Position numbers and translations under genes: made by a program. A stretch of 64,000 bases of DNA from NCBI GenBank assembly GCA_963792415.1, contig CAWBVY010000001.1, positions 128,001 to 192,000 of the forward strand, in the 5' to 3' direction. Source of the stretch: Candidatus Deferrimicrobiaceae bacterium. Its GTDB lineage: Bacteria; Desulfobacterota; Deferrimicrobia; Deferrimicrobiales; Deferrimicrobiaceae. Below, piece by piece: positions 51,156 through 60,800 of this stretch (the stretch's first letter is position 1; every line of letters starts with the position of its first letter). The notes below the pieces were generated by a model. It was not told the DNA's origin and searched no databases. It saw only the letters and a list, made by a program, of their open reading frames with translations.

Positions 51156-51168
51156 CGCCGACGGCGGA

Positions 51169-51834
51169 TCAGGCCTTCGCCAGTTCCTTGAGAAGGATTT
51201 TCTTGCCGTAGAGGGCGTTCTTTTGAACGAGTTTCTCGGCGAGCTCCGGGTCGCGCTTCCGGAACGCGTCGATGATCTCCCAATGCTGCCGGATCGACCC
51301 TTCGATCTTTCCCGGCATGGCGAGGATCAGGCGGAACCGCCGGAACTGCATGACCAGGTTCTGCACGAGCGTGTGGAGCTTCTCGTTCCCGCACGAGCGC
51401 AGGAAGATGTCGTGGAACTCGTTGTGCAGGTCGAGCAGCCGGCGAAGGTCCTTCTTCTCCGACGCGGCCTCGATCTGGCGGTTGACCGTCTCCATCTTCG
51501 TCAGGTCGGACTCCGTGAGAGTCGTGGCCGCGCACCGCGCCGCGTACCCCTCAAGGATCATCTTCAGGTCGTAGAAATCGGCGATGTCGCGCGGCGACAG
51601 GGAGGCGACGATGGCCCCCTTCCGCGGCATCACGGTGATGAAGCCTTCCGACTCCAGCTGACGGAACGCCTCCCGGATCGGCGTCCGGCTGATCCCGAAC
51701 TTGTCGGCCAGTTCCGGTTCGGCGATGCGAGTTCCAGGAGCCAGTTGGCCGTTGACGATGGCGTTTCGGATCGTCTCGACGATCTTTTCGCGGAGGGTCA
51801 TGTGGTTGTCGATCTGGATTTTGAGTTTTTTCAA
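51169..51834 (-). CDS. GntR-family (FCD) regulator
   Basis: GISRTPIREA wHTH; FCD motifs NEFH and QHWEI. Confidence 0.92.
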   Translation of the reverse strand: MKKLKIQIDNHMTLREKIVETIRNAIVNGQLAPGTRIAEPELADKFGISRTPIREAFRQLESEGFITVMPRKGAIVASLSPRDIADFYDLKMILEGYAARCAATTLTESDLTKMETVNRQIEAASEKKDLRRLLDLHNEFHDIFLRSCGNEKLHTLVQNLVMQFRRFRLILAMPGKIEGSIRQHWEIIDAFRKRDPELAEKLVQKNALYGKKILLKELAKA

Positions 51835-51870
51835 TTAGTTACCCCTGTTCCGAAAAATAACGGCATTTTA

Positions 51871-51886
51871 TGTATACAGTAGACAA
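51871..51886. promoter_or_regulatory. Putative GntR operator within the gntR promoter
   Basis: TGTATACA palindrome plus adjacent GTAGACA; minus-strand TTGACA at 51898-51893. Confidence 0.5.
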
Positions 51887-52028
51887 AAAAAATGTCAATC
51901 CCGAAAATTTCGCCGGAAATTGGACAGCCCACCCCTCTCGGAGGTGCGACGGAGGGCGTTCCCTTGCGCCGGACACCTTGATGCGTTAGTTTCGTTTCTT
52001 TTCCGAAAACTCCTCCGGGAGGAATGCC

Positions 52029-52814
52029 ATGCCCTGGGTCGTCCACTCCACTGTCCCCTATCCCATGCTGAAGGAGCCGGGAACGCCGCGAATGCTGTCC
52101 GACGCGGGCGTCGGGCCGGAGGTCTACTTCTCGGGGGCGACCCTGGACGCGATCACCCCGGGCGAGGCGGAATCCGTCGCGGAGACGCTGCGGGACGCGG
52201 GGATCCGCTCCCTGTCGTTCCACGCCCCTTTCGAGGACGTGTGGCCCGGGGCGCGCGACGAGGAGGCACGGCGTTTCGCCGTGCGGCGGATCGAAGGCGC
52301 GATCGCGCTCGCCCCGGTCTTCCGCCCCGTCGGGATCGTTCTCCACGGCGGGTATTACGACTGGCTCTTCGACTTCCAGCCGGATAAGTGGTTCGCCCCG
52401 GCCCGGCGCTCGTTCGGGGAACTCGCCGAAGCGGCGGAAACGGCGGGGACCGACCTGTACGTGGAGAACGTCTTCGACGAGATCCCCGACCACCTCCTCC
52501 GTCTGCGGGAGGCGGTGGGCTCTCCCCGCCTCCACTTCTGCTTCGACCCGGGGCACGCGACGCTCTTCTCCCGTCTGCCGGTCCAGAAGTGGGCGGAGGC
52601 GCTCGGGGAGGGAATCCGTCTGATGCACGTGCACGACAACCGGGGACAGCGCGACGATCATCTTCCGGTGGGCGAGGGAGGGATCAACTTCCGGGGGGTG
52701 CTGCTGGCGGTGCGGGACGCCGGGGTCCGCCCGATCCTCACGGTGGAACCGCACCGCAAGGAACATTTTGCGCGCAGCGTGGCGGGGCTTCGCGCGATCC
52801 TCGCGACGATCTGA
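52029..52814 (+). CDS. Sugar phosphate isomerase/epimerase (AP endonuclease 2 / TIM barrel) family protein
   Basis: HAPF, VENV, FDPGH, HVHDNRG..DDHLPVGEG, TVE. Confidence 0.88.
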   Translation: MPWVVHSTVPYPMLKEPGTPRMLSDAGVGPEVYFSGATLDAITPGEAESVAETLRDAGIRSLSFHAPFEDVWPGARDEEARRFAVRRIEGAIALAPVFRPVGIVLHGGYYDWLFDFQPDKWFAPARRSFGELAEAAETAGTDLYVENVFDEIPDHLLRLREAVGSPRLHFCFDPGHATLFSRLPVQKWAEALGEGIRLMHVHDNRGQRDDHLPVGEGGINFRGVLLAVRDAGVRPILTVEPHRKEHFARSVAGLRAILATI

Positions 52815-52835
52815 CCCTCACGCGTTCCCGACTAA

Positions 52836-52997
52836 GTGCAGCGTCTCGCAAATACCCTGGCATTCGAGCGTCGCTGCATCCGCTCCAGCTGCGTTGCGCT
52901 CCTTGCGCCGTACTTCACAGTACGCCTCAGTCGCGCGCCTTGCTGGCGCGGCGCATCGACACTCTCGATGCGTCAGGCTATTTGCGAGACGCTACAC
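52836..52997. repeat. ~162-bp palindromic MITE/REP-like element, copy 2
   Basis: Terminal inverted repeats GTGcAGCGTCTCGCAAATA / TATTTGCGAGACGCTaCAC; contains the STAS gene stop codon. Confidence 0.9.
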
Positions 52998-53339
52998 TAG
53001 GTAGTCGAGCGCCTCCTTTTCCGTCTCGAAGGAACGGACGTATTTCGCCAGCCCCGTCACGCGGAAAAGTTCACAGTTGATCCGGCTCAACTCGCAGAAG
53101 GCCATCCGGCCTTCCCGCTCCATCACCTTTTCAACGATCCCGATGACGAACGAGATCCCGATGCTGTTCACGAGCCGCGTACCCTGGAAGTTCAGCAGGA
53201 TCCGGCGGCCTCCGTCGTCGAGCCTCGCGCGGACCACCTTCTCGACCTCCTCGCCCAGCAGGTTGTTCAGGTACCCGCCGACGCACACCACCAGGGTGTC
53301 TCCCTCTTCGCGTATCTGGATCGTCGTGTGTGAAGACAT
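52992..53339 (-). CDS. STAS-domain anti-sigma-factor antagonist (RsbV/SpoIIAA-like)
   Basis: ILLNFQGTRLVNSIGIS (phosphoacceptor Ser position), LFRVTGL, TEKEAL; 115 aa. Confidence 0.9.
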   Translation of the reverse strand: MSSHTTIQIREEGDTLVVCVGGYLNNLLGEEVEKVVRARLDDGGRRILLNFQGTRLVNSIGISFVIGIVEKVMEREGRMAFCELSRINCELFRVTGLAKYVRSFETEKEALDYLV

Positions 53340-55648
53340 CAGCGCTCCCCGGGGGACGCGGATCCCCCCTCCCCCTGCGTGACGGTCCCGGGATTCGCAG
53401 GATCCCCCCCGAGATGCATCATCATGTGGACGACGGTGCCGTCGGGCCCCGTAATGATCTCAACGTCGTCGACCAGTTCCCGGATCAGCTTCAGTCCCCA
53501 TCCCCGGTTCTTCTTCGACTCCTCGGGCGTCTTCCCCGCCCGGAACCCCTTGCCGTCGTCCTGCACGAAAAGTTCGATCTTGTCGGGGGAGAGCAGGTAC
53601 CGCAGCCGGACCTTCCCCGAATCGGAGGCGCTGTGCTCGAAGGCGTTGATGCACGCCTCGATGATCGCCATCTTGATGCGGTCCACGGTGTCGGCGTCGA
53701 CGGCGGCGAAGGCCGCGACCTCTTCCGCCACCCGCGCCGCGACCACTTCGGAGTCTGCCTTGATCGGCAGGACCAGTTCGTACTCCAGCGTCTTCCCTGG
53801 ACGCGTCGCCTCGGGGCCGGGGGAGCGGGCGGGCTCGGGCTCCCGCTCCAGTTCCTCGAGCCCGAAGAGGTTGAGGAAGAGCCGCAACTGCGTCGGGTGG
53901 GACAGGTGGATGCCGTACCGCGACGCCAGGTCGACCGCCGCGGGGTCCGTCGTCTCGTTGATGATCATCCACTTCCGGAGCCGGTCGTGCGGCAGCCCCT
54001 TCTCGAGCGCCAGGAGCCGGCACCGGTTCTCGAAATGTTCGACGGCGCGGGCGCCGAGGTTCTTCTCGACCGCCGCGTCGACCGCCCAGATGACGAGGTT
54101 CTCCTCCGAGAAGTCGCTGTCGAGGAACCCGTACGCGACCAGGTCGAAGTCGAAGCGCGGCCCCCCCCGACTCGCGCGGTACCCCGTCGAGACGGAGGAG
54201 ACCTTTGGCAGCCGGACCCGCACCGCTTCGCGCTCCATCCCGATGACGACCTCGAGCAGTCCCTTCCCGCCGAACTTTTCGCGGAACATCCCGAAGTCGA
54301 GGAGCAGGAGCGGCACCTCCCGCAGGTCCCACTTCCGCATCAACTCCTTCACGATCGCGACGCGACGCGCGTGGTCGCCGTTCTGCCCCGGCTCCGGCTC
54401 CGTGTGGGAGAGCCGCGCCTGCACGATCGCCGCCGCCACCTGCGACGTCCCCTTCCCGAGGACGCCGCGCTCGAACGCCCAGTACAGGAAATCGGCCAGC
54501 ACCGGGTCCCCCAGGAACGTGAGTTGATCGAGGTCGGCCTTCAGGAGCCCCTTGAATTCAAGGGCGGAGAGGATCGCCTCCCCCTCCTCCTCGGAAGATC
54601 CCATCAGGGAGATCGCGCCCTCCACCGTGTCGAGCGGGAACCGGTCGCAGAGGATGCGCTTGAGGAAGCGGATCGCCCGCCCTCGCTGCGCGCGGTCCGG
54701 GAAGGTGTTCTCGAAGAACTCCCTCCAGTACCGGTTGAGCTTCCCCTCCGTGACGGAGACCGCGTACAGATTCTCCAGGGTGACCGCGTCGGGGACCGTC
54801 GCCCCCTTGAAGAAGATCTCTTCCACGAGCATCCGCTGGTAGGTCGGGATCCCGCCGAGCCGCTCGGAGGCGCGGGGAAGGAGGGACGCCGGGATATCGA
54901 CACGGCGCCGGTCGCACAGGTGCCCCCACAGACGGACGGAGGAGGCGGTCGAGAGCCCTCCCACCTCGATCATCTGGAAGGTGCCGAAGAGCCCCTCGCG
55001 TTTCAAGGACGCGGTGACGCGGCCGGGGGAGGAGCCCGAGAGGAACATCGGGAAGTGGCCGGACTTGATGTAGGGGCGAAGGATGGAAAGCATCGCCCCC
55101 TCGGGCACGGCCTGGAGTTTCCCCGTATACTGGAAGTCGTCGAAGAGAAATACCGGGTAGAAGAGCTCCCCCGAGGCCGAGAACGGAAACGAGAGGGCGT
55201 TCACGAGCGCGGAGAGTCCGTCCCCCTCGGCGGTGCACCGCTCGTGGGCGGCGAGAACCTCCCGGCACCCCGTGACCCCGAAGGAGGCCAGGCGGTCGCA
55301 CATCGCCGCGGGGTCGAAGGCCGAAGGGCTCGCGTCCCCGAGGAACCGGAGCAATTGCGACAGAAACTCCTGCAGGAAATGCTGGGAGAGCGCCAGCGGG
55401 TGCGAGAGGATCTGGCTGAAGGAAAAGTAGAGCGGGAACGGGCGGGGAAGCCCTTCTCCGCCGGCGAATGCCCCCAGCACCTTCGCCAGTTTGAGGAGCA
55501 GCGACGTCTTGCCGATGTTCGGAGGTCCGTAGATCATGAAGGAGGAGCCGATGCCCCGGCTTCCCTCCAACGCCGCGCGCGTCAGGGCGGAGAGTTCTTC
55601 CTCGCGCCCGAAAAAATCTTCTTCCCGAAAGGACGTCTCCGCCCCCAT
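53339..55648 (-). CDS. STAND-like P-loop ATPase fused to a C-terminal RsbW-type anti-sigma Ser kinase
   Basis: FFGREEEL, GPPNIGKT, FLFDDF, LSGSS, GGIP; C-terminal EACINAFEHS, DDGKGF, RGWGLKLI. Confidence 0.85.
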   Translation of the reverse strand: MGAETSFREEDFFGREEELSALTRAALEGSRGIGSSFMIYGPPNIGKTSLLLKLAKVLGAFAGGEGLPRPFPLYFSFSQILSHPLALSQHFLQEFLSQLLRFLGDASPSAFDPAAMCDRLASFGVTGCREVLAAHERCTAEGDGLSALVNALSFPFSASGELFYPVFLFDDFQYTGKLQAVPEGAMLSILRPYIKSGHFPMFLSGSSPGRVTASLKREGLFGTFQMIEVGGLSTASSVRLWGHLCDRRRVDIPASLLPRASERLGGIPTYQRMLVEEIFFKGATVPDAVTLENLYAVSVTEGKLNRYWREFFENTFPDRAQRGRAIRFLKRILCDRFPLDTVEGAISLMGSSEEEGEAILSALEFKGLLKADLDQLTFLGDPVLADFLYWAFERGVLGKGTSQVAAAIVQARLSHTEPEPGQNGDHARRVAIVKELMRKWDLREVPLLLLDFGMFREKFGGKGLLEVVIGMEREAVRVRLPKVSSVSTGYRASRGGPRFDFDLVAYGFLDSDFSEENLVIWAVDAAVEKNLGARAVEHFENRCRLLALEKGLPHDRLRKWMIINETTDPAAVDLASRYGIHLSHPTQLRLFLNLFGLEELEREPEPARSPGPEATRPGKTLEYELVLPIKADSEVVAARVAEEVAAFAAVDADTVDRIKMAIIEACINAFEHSASDSGKVRLRYLLSPDKIELFVQDDGKGFRAGKTPEESKKNRGWGLKLIRELVDDVEIITGPDGTVVHMMMHLGGDPANPGTVTQGEGGSASPGER

Positions 55649-55743
55649 GGTGCCGAAAAGACGCAAGTACCCCACCCTCCTTCGGGATAATGTAACGTGA
55701 ATCCGATGCGTTTTCAAAAATATAATGGGATTTTCTGAAGGAC

Positions 55744-58233
55744 ATGCGCGAAATCCCCCCCTCCATCCGGAAGCCGTCGAGATATAGCGGCGGCGAAGTC
55801 CGTCCTCCCTCCATCGCGTGGGACGCGGCGCGCGTGCGCGTGCTGCTCGCCTTTCCCGACGTGTACGAGATCGGGATGTCGCACCTCGGGATCCTGCTCC
55901 TGCGCGAGATCCTCTCGGCGCGGCCCGGCACCCTCTGCGATCGGGTCTTCGCCCCCTGGGCCGACTACGAGGAGCACCTCCGCGCCGCCGGCCTGCCCCT
56001 CGCCTCGCTCGAATCGGGGCGGCCCGCCGGGGCGTTCGACCTCATCGGATTCTCCCTGTGCTACGAACTCACCTACACGAACGTCCTCGCGATGCTCGAC
56101 CTTTCCGGGATCCCCCTCCTGTCGAAGGACCGATCGGAGGAGCACCCCCTCGTGGTGGCCGGCGGCGTCTGCACCCTGAACCCCGCTCCCGTGGCCCCCT
56201 TCTTCGACGCCCTCCTCGTCGGGGACGGCGAGGAAGCGGTGCTCGAGATCGTCGCACTCGTCGAGGAACGGAAAAAGGAGGGCGGATCCCGCGGGGATCT
56301 CCTCTCGCGGCTCTCGCGGATCGAGGGGGTGTACGTCCCGGGGATCTCCCGCCGGGTGGCGAGGCGCGTCCTCGCGGATCTCAACCGTTCCCCTCTGCTG
56401 CCGGCCCCGATCCTCCCGGCGATGCGTGTCGTCCACGACCGCCTGAGCGTCGAGATCTCCCGGGGATGCACGAGGGGGTGCCGCTTCTGCCAGGCGGGGT
56501 ACGCCTATCGGCCGGTGCGGGAGCGGGACCCGCTCGCCCTGCTGCGGTACCTCCAGGAGGAGGCGCCCAAGACGGGATACGACGAGGTGGGGCTCCTGTC
56601 GCTGTCCGCCGCCGACTACAGCTGCGTCGACCGGCTCGTCACGGAGGCGATGGATGCGCTCGCTCCTTCGAACGTGTCGCTCTCCCTCCCCTCGCTTCGC
56701 CTGGACGCGTTGCGGGAGAACACGGTCCGGCAGATCCGGAAGGTTCGCAAGTCGGGCTTCACCCTCGCGCCGGAAGCGGGGACTTCACGGCTGCGTCGAT
56801 CGATCAACAAGGAGATCCCGGACGACGACGTGCTGAAGACGGCCGAGTGGATCTTCGGGAACGGCTGGCAGACCCTCAAGCTCTACTTCATGGTCGGCCT
56901 GCCCGGGGAGACGGCGGACGACGTCCGGGCGATCGGGGCGCTGGCCGGCCGGGTCGCCGCGATCGCGCGTCGCCACGGAAAGCGCGCTTCCGTGACCGTG
57001 AGCGTCTCCGCTTTCGTTCCGAAGCCGCACACCCCGTTCCAGTGGGAGCGCCAGATCGGACGCGAGGAGATCCAGGAGCGGATCCGCCTGCTCCGTGACG
57101 CGCTTGGGCGGAACCGGCACGCGGAGGTGAAGTTCCACTCCCCGGAGACCTCCGCGCTCGAGGGAGTCTTCTCGCGGGGGGACGACCGGCTGCCGGGAGT
57201 GATCGCGCGGGCGTTCCGGAACGGCGCGCGGTTCGACGCGTGGACGGAGGCGTTCCGACCCGACGCCTGGAAGCGGGCGTTCGAGGAGGAAGGGGTCGAC
57301 CCGCTCGAATACCTGCGGGAACGCGACCCGCGGAATCCGCTCCCGTGGGAGTTCGTGGACGCCGGGATCGACCGGGAGTTCCTCCTCTCCGAGCGGGAGA
57401 AGGCCCGCGCGGGGGAGACGACGCCCGATTGCCGCGCCGCGGGCTGCTCCTCCTGCGGGGCGTGCCCCCCGGGGCTGTCGAACATCACGTACCCCGGACG
57501 GCTCGGGGAACCCGCGGTGACCGACGAGGAGGGCGAACGCGCCCCGCACCCGCCGGCGTCCGCGCAGCGGCACATCGTGCGCCTCTCCTACGCCAAGGAG
57601 GGTCCGGCGAAATATCTGAGCGGCCTGGAGATCCAGTCGTTGTGGGGACGCGTCTTCCGGCGGGCCGGCCTGCCGCTGGCATACAGCCAGGGGTTCAACC
57701 CTTCCCCGAAACTCTCCCTCTCCCCCGCCCTCGCCGTGGGCGCGGAGAGCGACGCCGAGTTTCTCGAGGCCGAGTTCACCCTCCCTGTCCCGGCCGCGGA
57801 GGTGCCGAGAAAGCTTGCCCCGCACCTCCCCGCGGGGATCCGCGTCACCTTTGCTTCGGGCGTCCCGCCGGGCTCCCCCCGGCTGTCGGACTTCGACATC
57901 GCCTCCGACTGGATCCTGCGTCCGGTCCCGCCGTTTCCCTTGCCCGAAGGGATCACACCGAAGCTGGTCGCGGAGCGCCTCGCCGCGTTCCACGCGTCGG
58001 AGCGGCACCCGCTCGTCCTCGCGCGGGAAGACCGGACCACCGAGATCGACCTGAAGCCGATCGTTCGCACGTTCGGGGTGAACCCGGACGGCATCTCCAT
58101 TACAATCATCCAGGGCACAGGAAAGGGCGTCCGTCCGCTGGAGGCCGCCGCCTCCCTCCTGGGGGCGCCGCTATCCCCCGAGGGAATCCTTCCGAGAAAG
58201 GTGTCGGCGGAACTGATCCCCCGCCGCGGGTAG
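55744..58233 (+). CDS. TIGR03960-type radical SAM protein fused to a TIGR03936-like domain
   Basis: KPSRY, FPDVYEIGMSHLG, CTRGCRFC, FVPKPHTPFQW; C-terminal RAGLPLAYSQGFNPSP. Confidence 0.88.
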   Translation: MREIPPSIRKPSRYSGGEVRPPSIAWDAARVRVLLAFPDVYEIGMSHLGILLLREILSARPGTLCDRVFAPWADYEEHLRAAGLPLASLESGRPAGAFDLIGFSLCYELTYTNVLAMLDLSGIPLLSKDRSEEHPLVVAGGVCTLNPAPVAPFFDALLVGDGEEAVLEIVALVEERKKEGGSRGDLLSRLSRIEGVYVPGISRRVARRVLADLNRSPLLPAPILPAMRVVHDRLSVEISRGCTRGCRFCQAGYAYRPVRERDPLALLRYLQEEAPKTGYDEVGLLSLSAADYSCVDRLVTEAMDALAPSNVSLSLPSLRLDALRENTVRQIRKVRKSGFTLAPEAGTSRLRRSINKEIPDDDVLKTAEWIFGNGWQTLKLYFMVGLPGETADDVRAIGALAGRVAAIARRHGKRASVTVSVSAFVPKPHTPFQWERQIGREEIQERIRLLRDALGRNRHAEVKFHSPETSALEGVFSRGDDRLPGVIARAFRNGARFDAWTEAFRPDAWKRAFEEEGVDPLEYLRERDPRNPLPWEFVDAGIDREFLLSEREKARAGETTPDCRAAGCSSCGACPPGLSNITYPGRLGEPAVTDEEGERAPHPPASAQRHIVRLSYAKEGPAKYLSGLEIQSLWGRVFRRAGLPLAYSQGFNPSPKLSLSPALAVGAESDAEFLEAEFTLPVPAAEVPRKLAPHLPAGIRVTFASGVPPGSPRLSDFDIASDWILRPVPPFPLPEGITPKLVAERLAAFHASERHPLVLAREDRTTEIDLKPIVRTFGVNPDGISITIIQGTGKGVRPLEAAASLLGAPLSPEGILPRKVSAELIPRRG

Positions 58234-58237
58234 AACG

Positions 58238-59767
58238 ATGCAGAAGGCAAGCAAGCTGATCGTTTTGAACGCCGCGCCGTACGAGACGCGCGTGGCGACG
58301 CTCGAATCCGGGATCCTCGTGGAACTGCTGATCGAGCGGGGCGAGGACCGAAACTCCGTCGGCAATATCTACAACGGAAAAGTCATCCGCGTCCTCCCCG
58401 GGATGCAGGCCGCCTTCGTCGACATCGGGATGGACAAGGCGGGGTTCCTCTTCGCGGGGGACTTCGTCACCCCGCAGCTCGAATTCGACACCGACCCGAC
58501 CGAGGAGCCGGTACTGCCCGAGGATATCGGGATCCGGCCCGCCCGGTTTCCCCAGGACACCTTCATTCCGCCGATCGAGGGGCTCATCCGGGAGGGGCAG
58601 CACCTGCTCGTACAGGTGGCCAAGGAGCCGCTCGGGACGAAGGGGGCGAGGATCACCAGCCACATCTCTCTCCCGGGGCGTCACCTGGTGCTCCTCACGT
58701 GGTCCTCCCACATCGGGATCTCCCGCAGGATCGAGGACCTGGACGAGCGGGACCGGCTGTCGAAGATCGTGGAAACGATCCGTCCCGAGGGGATGGGCGC
58801 GATCGTGCGTACGGCGGCCGAGGGGCGGTCGGAGGCGGAACTGAAGGCCGACATGGATTACCTCGTCCGGCTCTGGGAGACGATCCGGAAGAAGAGCGAA
58901 AACACCGCGGCTCCCGTGCTGATCCACCGGGAGCTCTCCCTATCCCTGCGCGCCGTGCGGGACCTGTTCTCCTCGGAGAGCGACCGGATCTCCGTCGATT
59001 CGCAGGAGGAGTACGACCGGATCCGCTCGTTCGCCTCCCAGTTCTTCCCCCGCATCCAGGACCGGATCGAGCTGTTCGCCGGTCCGGAACCGATCTTCGA
59101 CCATTTCGGCATCGAGATCGAGGTCACCCGGGCGCTCGACAAGAAGGTGTGGCTGAAAAGCGGGGGCTACATCGTGATCGAGCAGACGGAGGCCCTCACC
59201 GTGGTCGACGTGAACACGGGGAAGTACGTCGGACGGTCGTCGCTCGAGGAAACCACCGCGAAGATCAATCTGGAAGCGGTAAAGGAGATCGTCTACCAGC
59301 TCCGGCTGCGCAACATCGGCGGCATCATCATCATCGACTTCATCGACATGAAGAGCGAGGAGAACCGCGAAAAGGTGTACAACGCCCTCGTGGAAACGCT
59401 TCGCGCCGACCGAAGCAAGACGACGATCTGCAAGATCTCCGAGCTGGGTCTGGTCGAGATGACCCGGAAGCGGGTCCGGGAGAGCCTGGGGCGATCGCTG
59501 TCCGACGCCTGCCCCTACTGCTCCGGCGAAGGGGTCATCAAGTCGAAGAAGACGATCTGCTACGACGTGTTCCGGGCGCTCGAGCGGCAGGCCCTGATCC
59601 TCTCCGGGAAGCAGGTGTCGCTCTACGTGCACCCCGCGCTGGCCGAGGAGCTGTTCGGCGAGGAGCGCCGCTTCCTCGAGATCCTCGAGCAGCGGTACGG
59701 GATGAAGGTGAACATCTCCGCCTCCGACAAGTACCACATCGAGCAGTACCGCATCGAGCCCTGCTGA
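58238..59767 (+). CDS. rng: Ribonuclease G (Rne/Rng family)
   Basis: PGMQAAFVDIG, KEPLGTKGAR, VDVNTG, IIIDFIDM, CPYC. Confidence 0.92.
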   Translation: MQKASKLIVLNAAPYETRVATLESGILVELLIERGEDRNSVGNIYNGKVIRVLPGMQAAFVDIGMDKAGFLFAGDFVTPQLEFDTDPTEEPVLPEDIGIRPARFPQDTFIPPIEGLIREGQHLLVQVAKEPLGTKGARITSHISLPGRHLVLLTWSSHIGISRRIEDLDERDRLSKIVETIRPEGMGAIVRTAAEGRSEAELKADMDYLVRLWETIRKKSENTAAPVLIHRELSLSLRAVRDLFSSESDRISVDSQEEYDRIRSFASQFFPRIQDRIELFAGPEPIFDHFGIEIEVTRALDKKVWLKSGGYIVIEQTEALTVVDVNTGKYVGRSSLEETTAKINLEAVKEIVYQLRLRNIGGIIIIDFIDMKSEENREKVYNALVETLRADRSKTTICKISELGLVEMTRKRVRESLGRSLSDACPYCSGEGVIKSKKTICYDVFRALERQALILSGKQVSLYVHPALAEELFGEERRFLEILEQRYGMKVNISASDKYHIEQYRIEPC

Positions 59768-59798
59768 CGCGGCTGACGCACCCGCGGGGAATTCCGGC

Positions 59799-59827
59799 TT
59801 GACGATCCCCCCCGGGCTCCCTATATT
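59799..59827 (+). promoter_or_regulatory. Sigma-70 promoter of tRNA-Thr
   Basis: TTGACG-17 nt-TATATT. Confidence 0.75.
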
Positions 59828-59858
59828 TGTTACCTCACGGTTTCACGCTTCCCGCCTG

Positions 59859-59933
59859 GCCGGCGTAGCTCAGTGGTAGAGCAGCTGATTCGTAATCAGC
59901 AGGTCGTCGGTTCAATCCCGACCGCCGGCTCCA
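59859..59933 (+). tRNA. tRNA-Thr(CGT)
   Basis: Acceptor stem GCCGGCG/CGCCGGC plus T-CCA; anticodon arm GCTGA-TTCGTAA-TCAGC; GGTTCAATCC T-arm. Confidence 0.97.
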
Positions 59934-59945
59934 CGAAATAACCAA

Positions 59946-60420
59946 TCAACTCAAAGCGATGCTCGTTTCGCCTCTCTCGGGTGATTCGGCCCGAGAGGGG
60001 CTTGGTTGCGCTGGGGTCGCGGATTTCCCGCCCGTGGTCCGCCATTCCGCGTCGTCGAAACGGGTCACTGCCTCGCGATTTCCGCCTGGTATCAGGCGAC
60101 CGCAGGTATTCACGGTGATCTGTGTGGAGTGATGCCCCATCTGCTCCTTGACGTAGGCCGTAGACTCCCCGTTCCGGATGAGTCACGAGGCGAAGGGGTT
60201 CCAGAGGTCGTGGAACAGAATCCGCCGAAGCCCCCGACTTCTTCAGGCACAGGGCGGGAGACCGTCTCGCATTCATCGCGTCGAAAACCGTCCCGTCGAC
60301 GGGGGGAACACCCACTCGGGGAGCGCGCGGCCCGCCTTGATCGCCTCCTCCGCGACGGTGCCCTGGCGACCGGACAGGACCGTCGTCAGTTGGTCCCAAA
60401 TGTCCACGCGCCGTCCCTTG
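59946..60420 (-). pseudogene. Phage-type tyrosine integrase, decayed C-terminal fragment
   Basis: Manual translation across 2 frameshifts and a stop: KGRRVDI..QL...LPEWVFP/GTVFDAMN..CLKKSG/LRRILFHDLWNPFAS*LIRNGESTAYVKEQMGHHSTQITVNTCGRLIPG. Confidence 0.85.
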
Positions 60421-60443
60421 GCTGAAAGTCCACGAACACGATA

Positions 60444-60626
60444 TTGGCTACCACAACAGATTCATCAGGAAACCCCATGAGTCAAGCGTGGTCTTTCACG
60501 GCTTCAAGTTCTCCAAGCACGTTGAATATCACATCGACCACGGCGCCGAACGGGATGGTTGAAACTGCGTACAAGAACACAGACGGGACCACAGTTACCC
60601 TCGCATCCACAGTCGGGACGAGGTAA
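60444..60626 (+). pseudogene. Probable fragment of an Ig-like-domain surface protein
   Basis: TDSSGNPMSQAWSFT and LNITSTTAPNGMVETAY resemble bacterial Ig-like repeat boundaries; no RBS or proper start. Confidence 0.45.
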
Positions 60627-60800
60627 CATAATCAAATGTGAATGTAGCACACACAATAAACTCAAAATTGAATTTATAACCAAGAGTCTTATGGAATAAA
60701 GAAACATAACTGGTTGATACTTAAAGATTGCAAAAAATGGCATACAAATTGCTGGTTTAACAATGATAATAATTCGAGGGAGATCGATAAATTGAAAACG

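Noticed and set aside
55744-59767. Radical SAM fusion next to RNase G as a novel system
   Set aside because: Known conserved arrangement (TIGR03960/TIGR03936 beside rng), though its function is still poorly defined.
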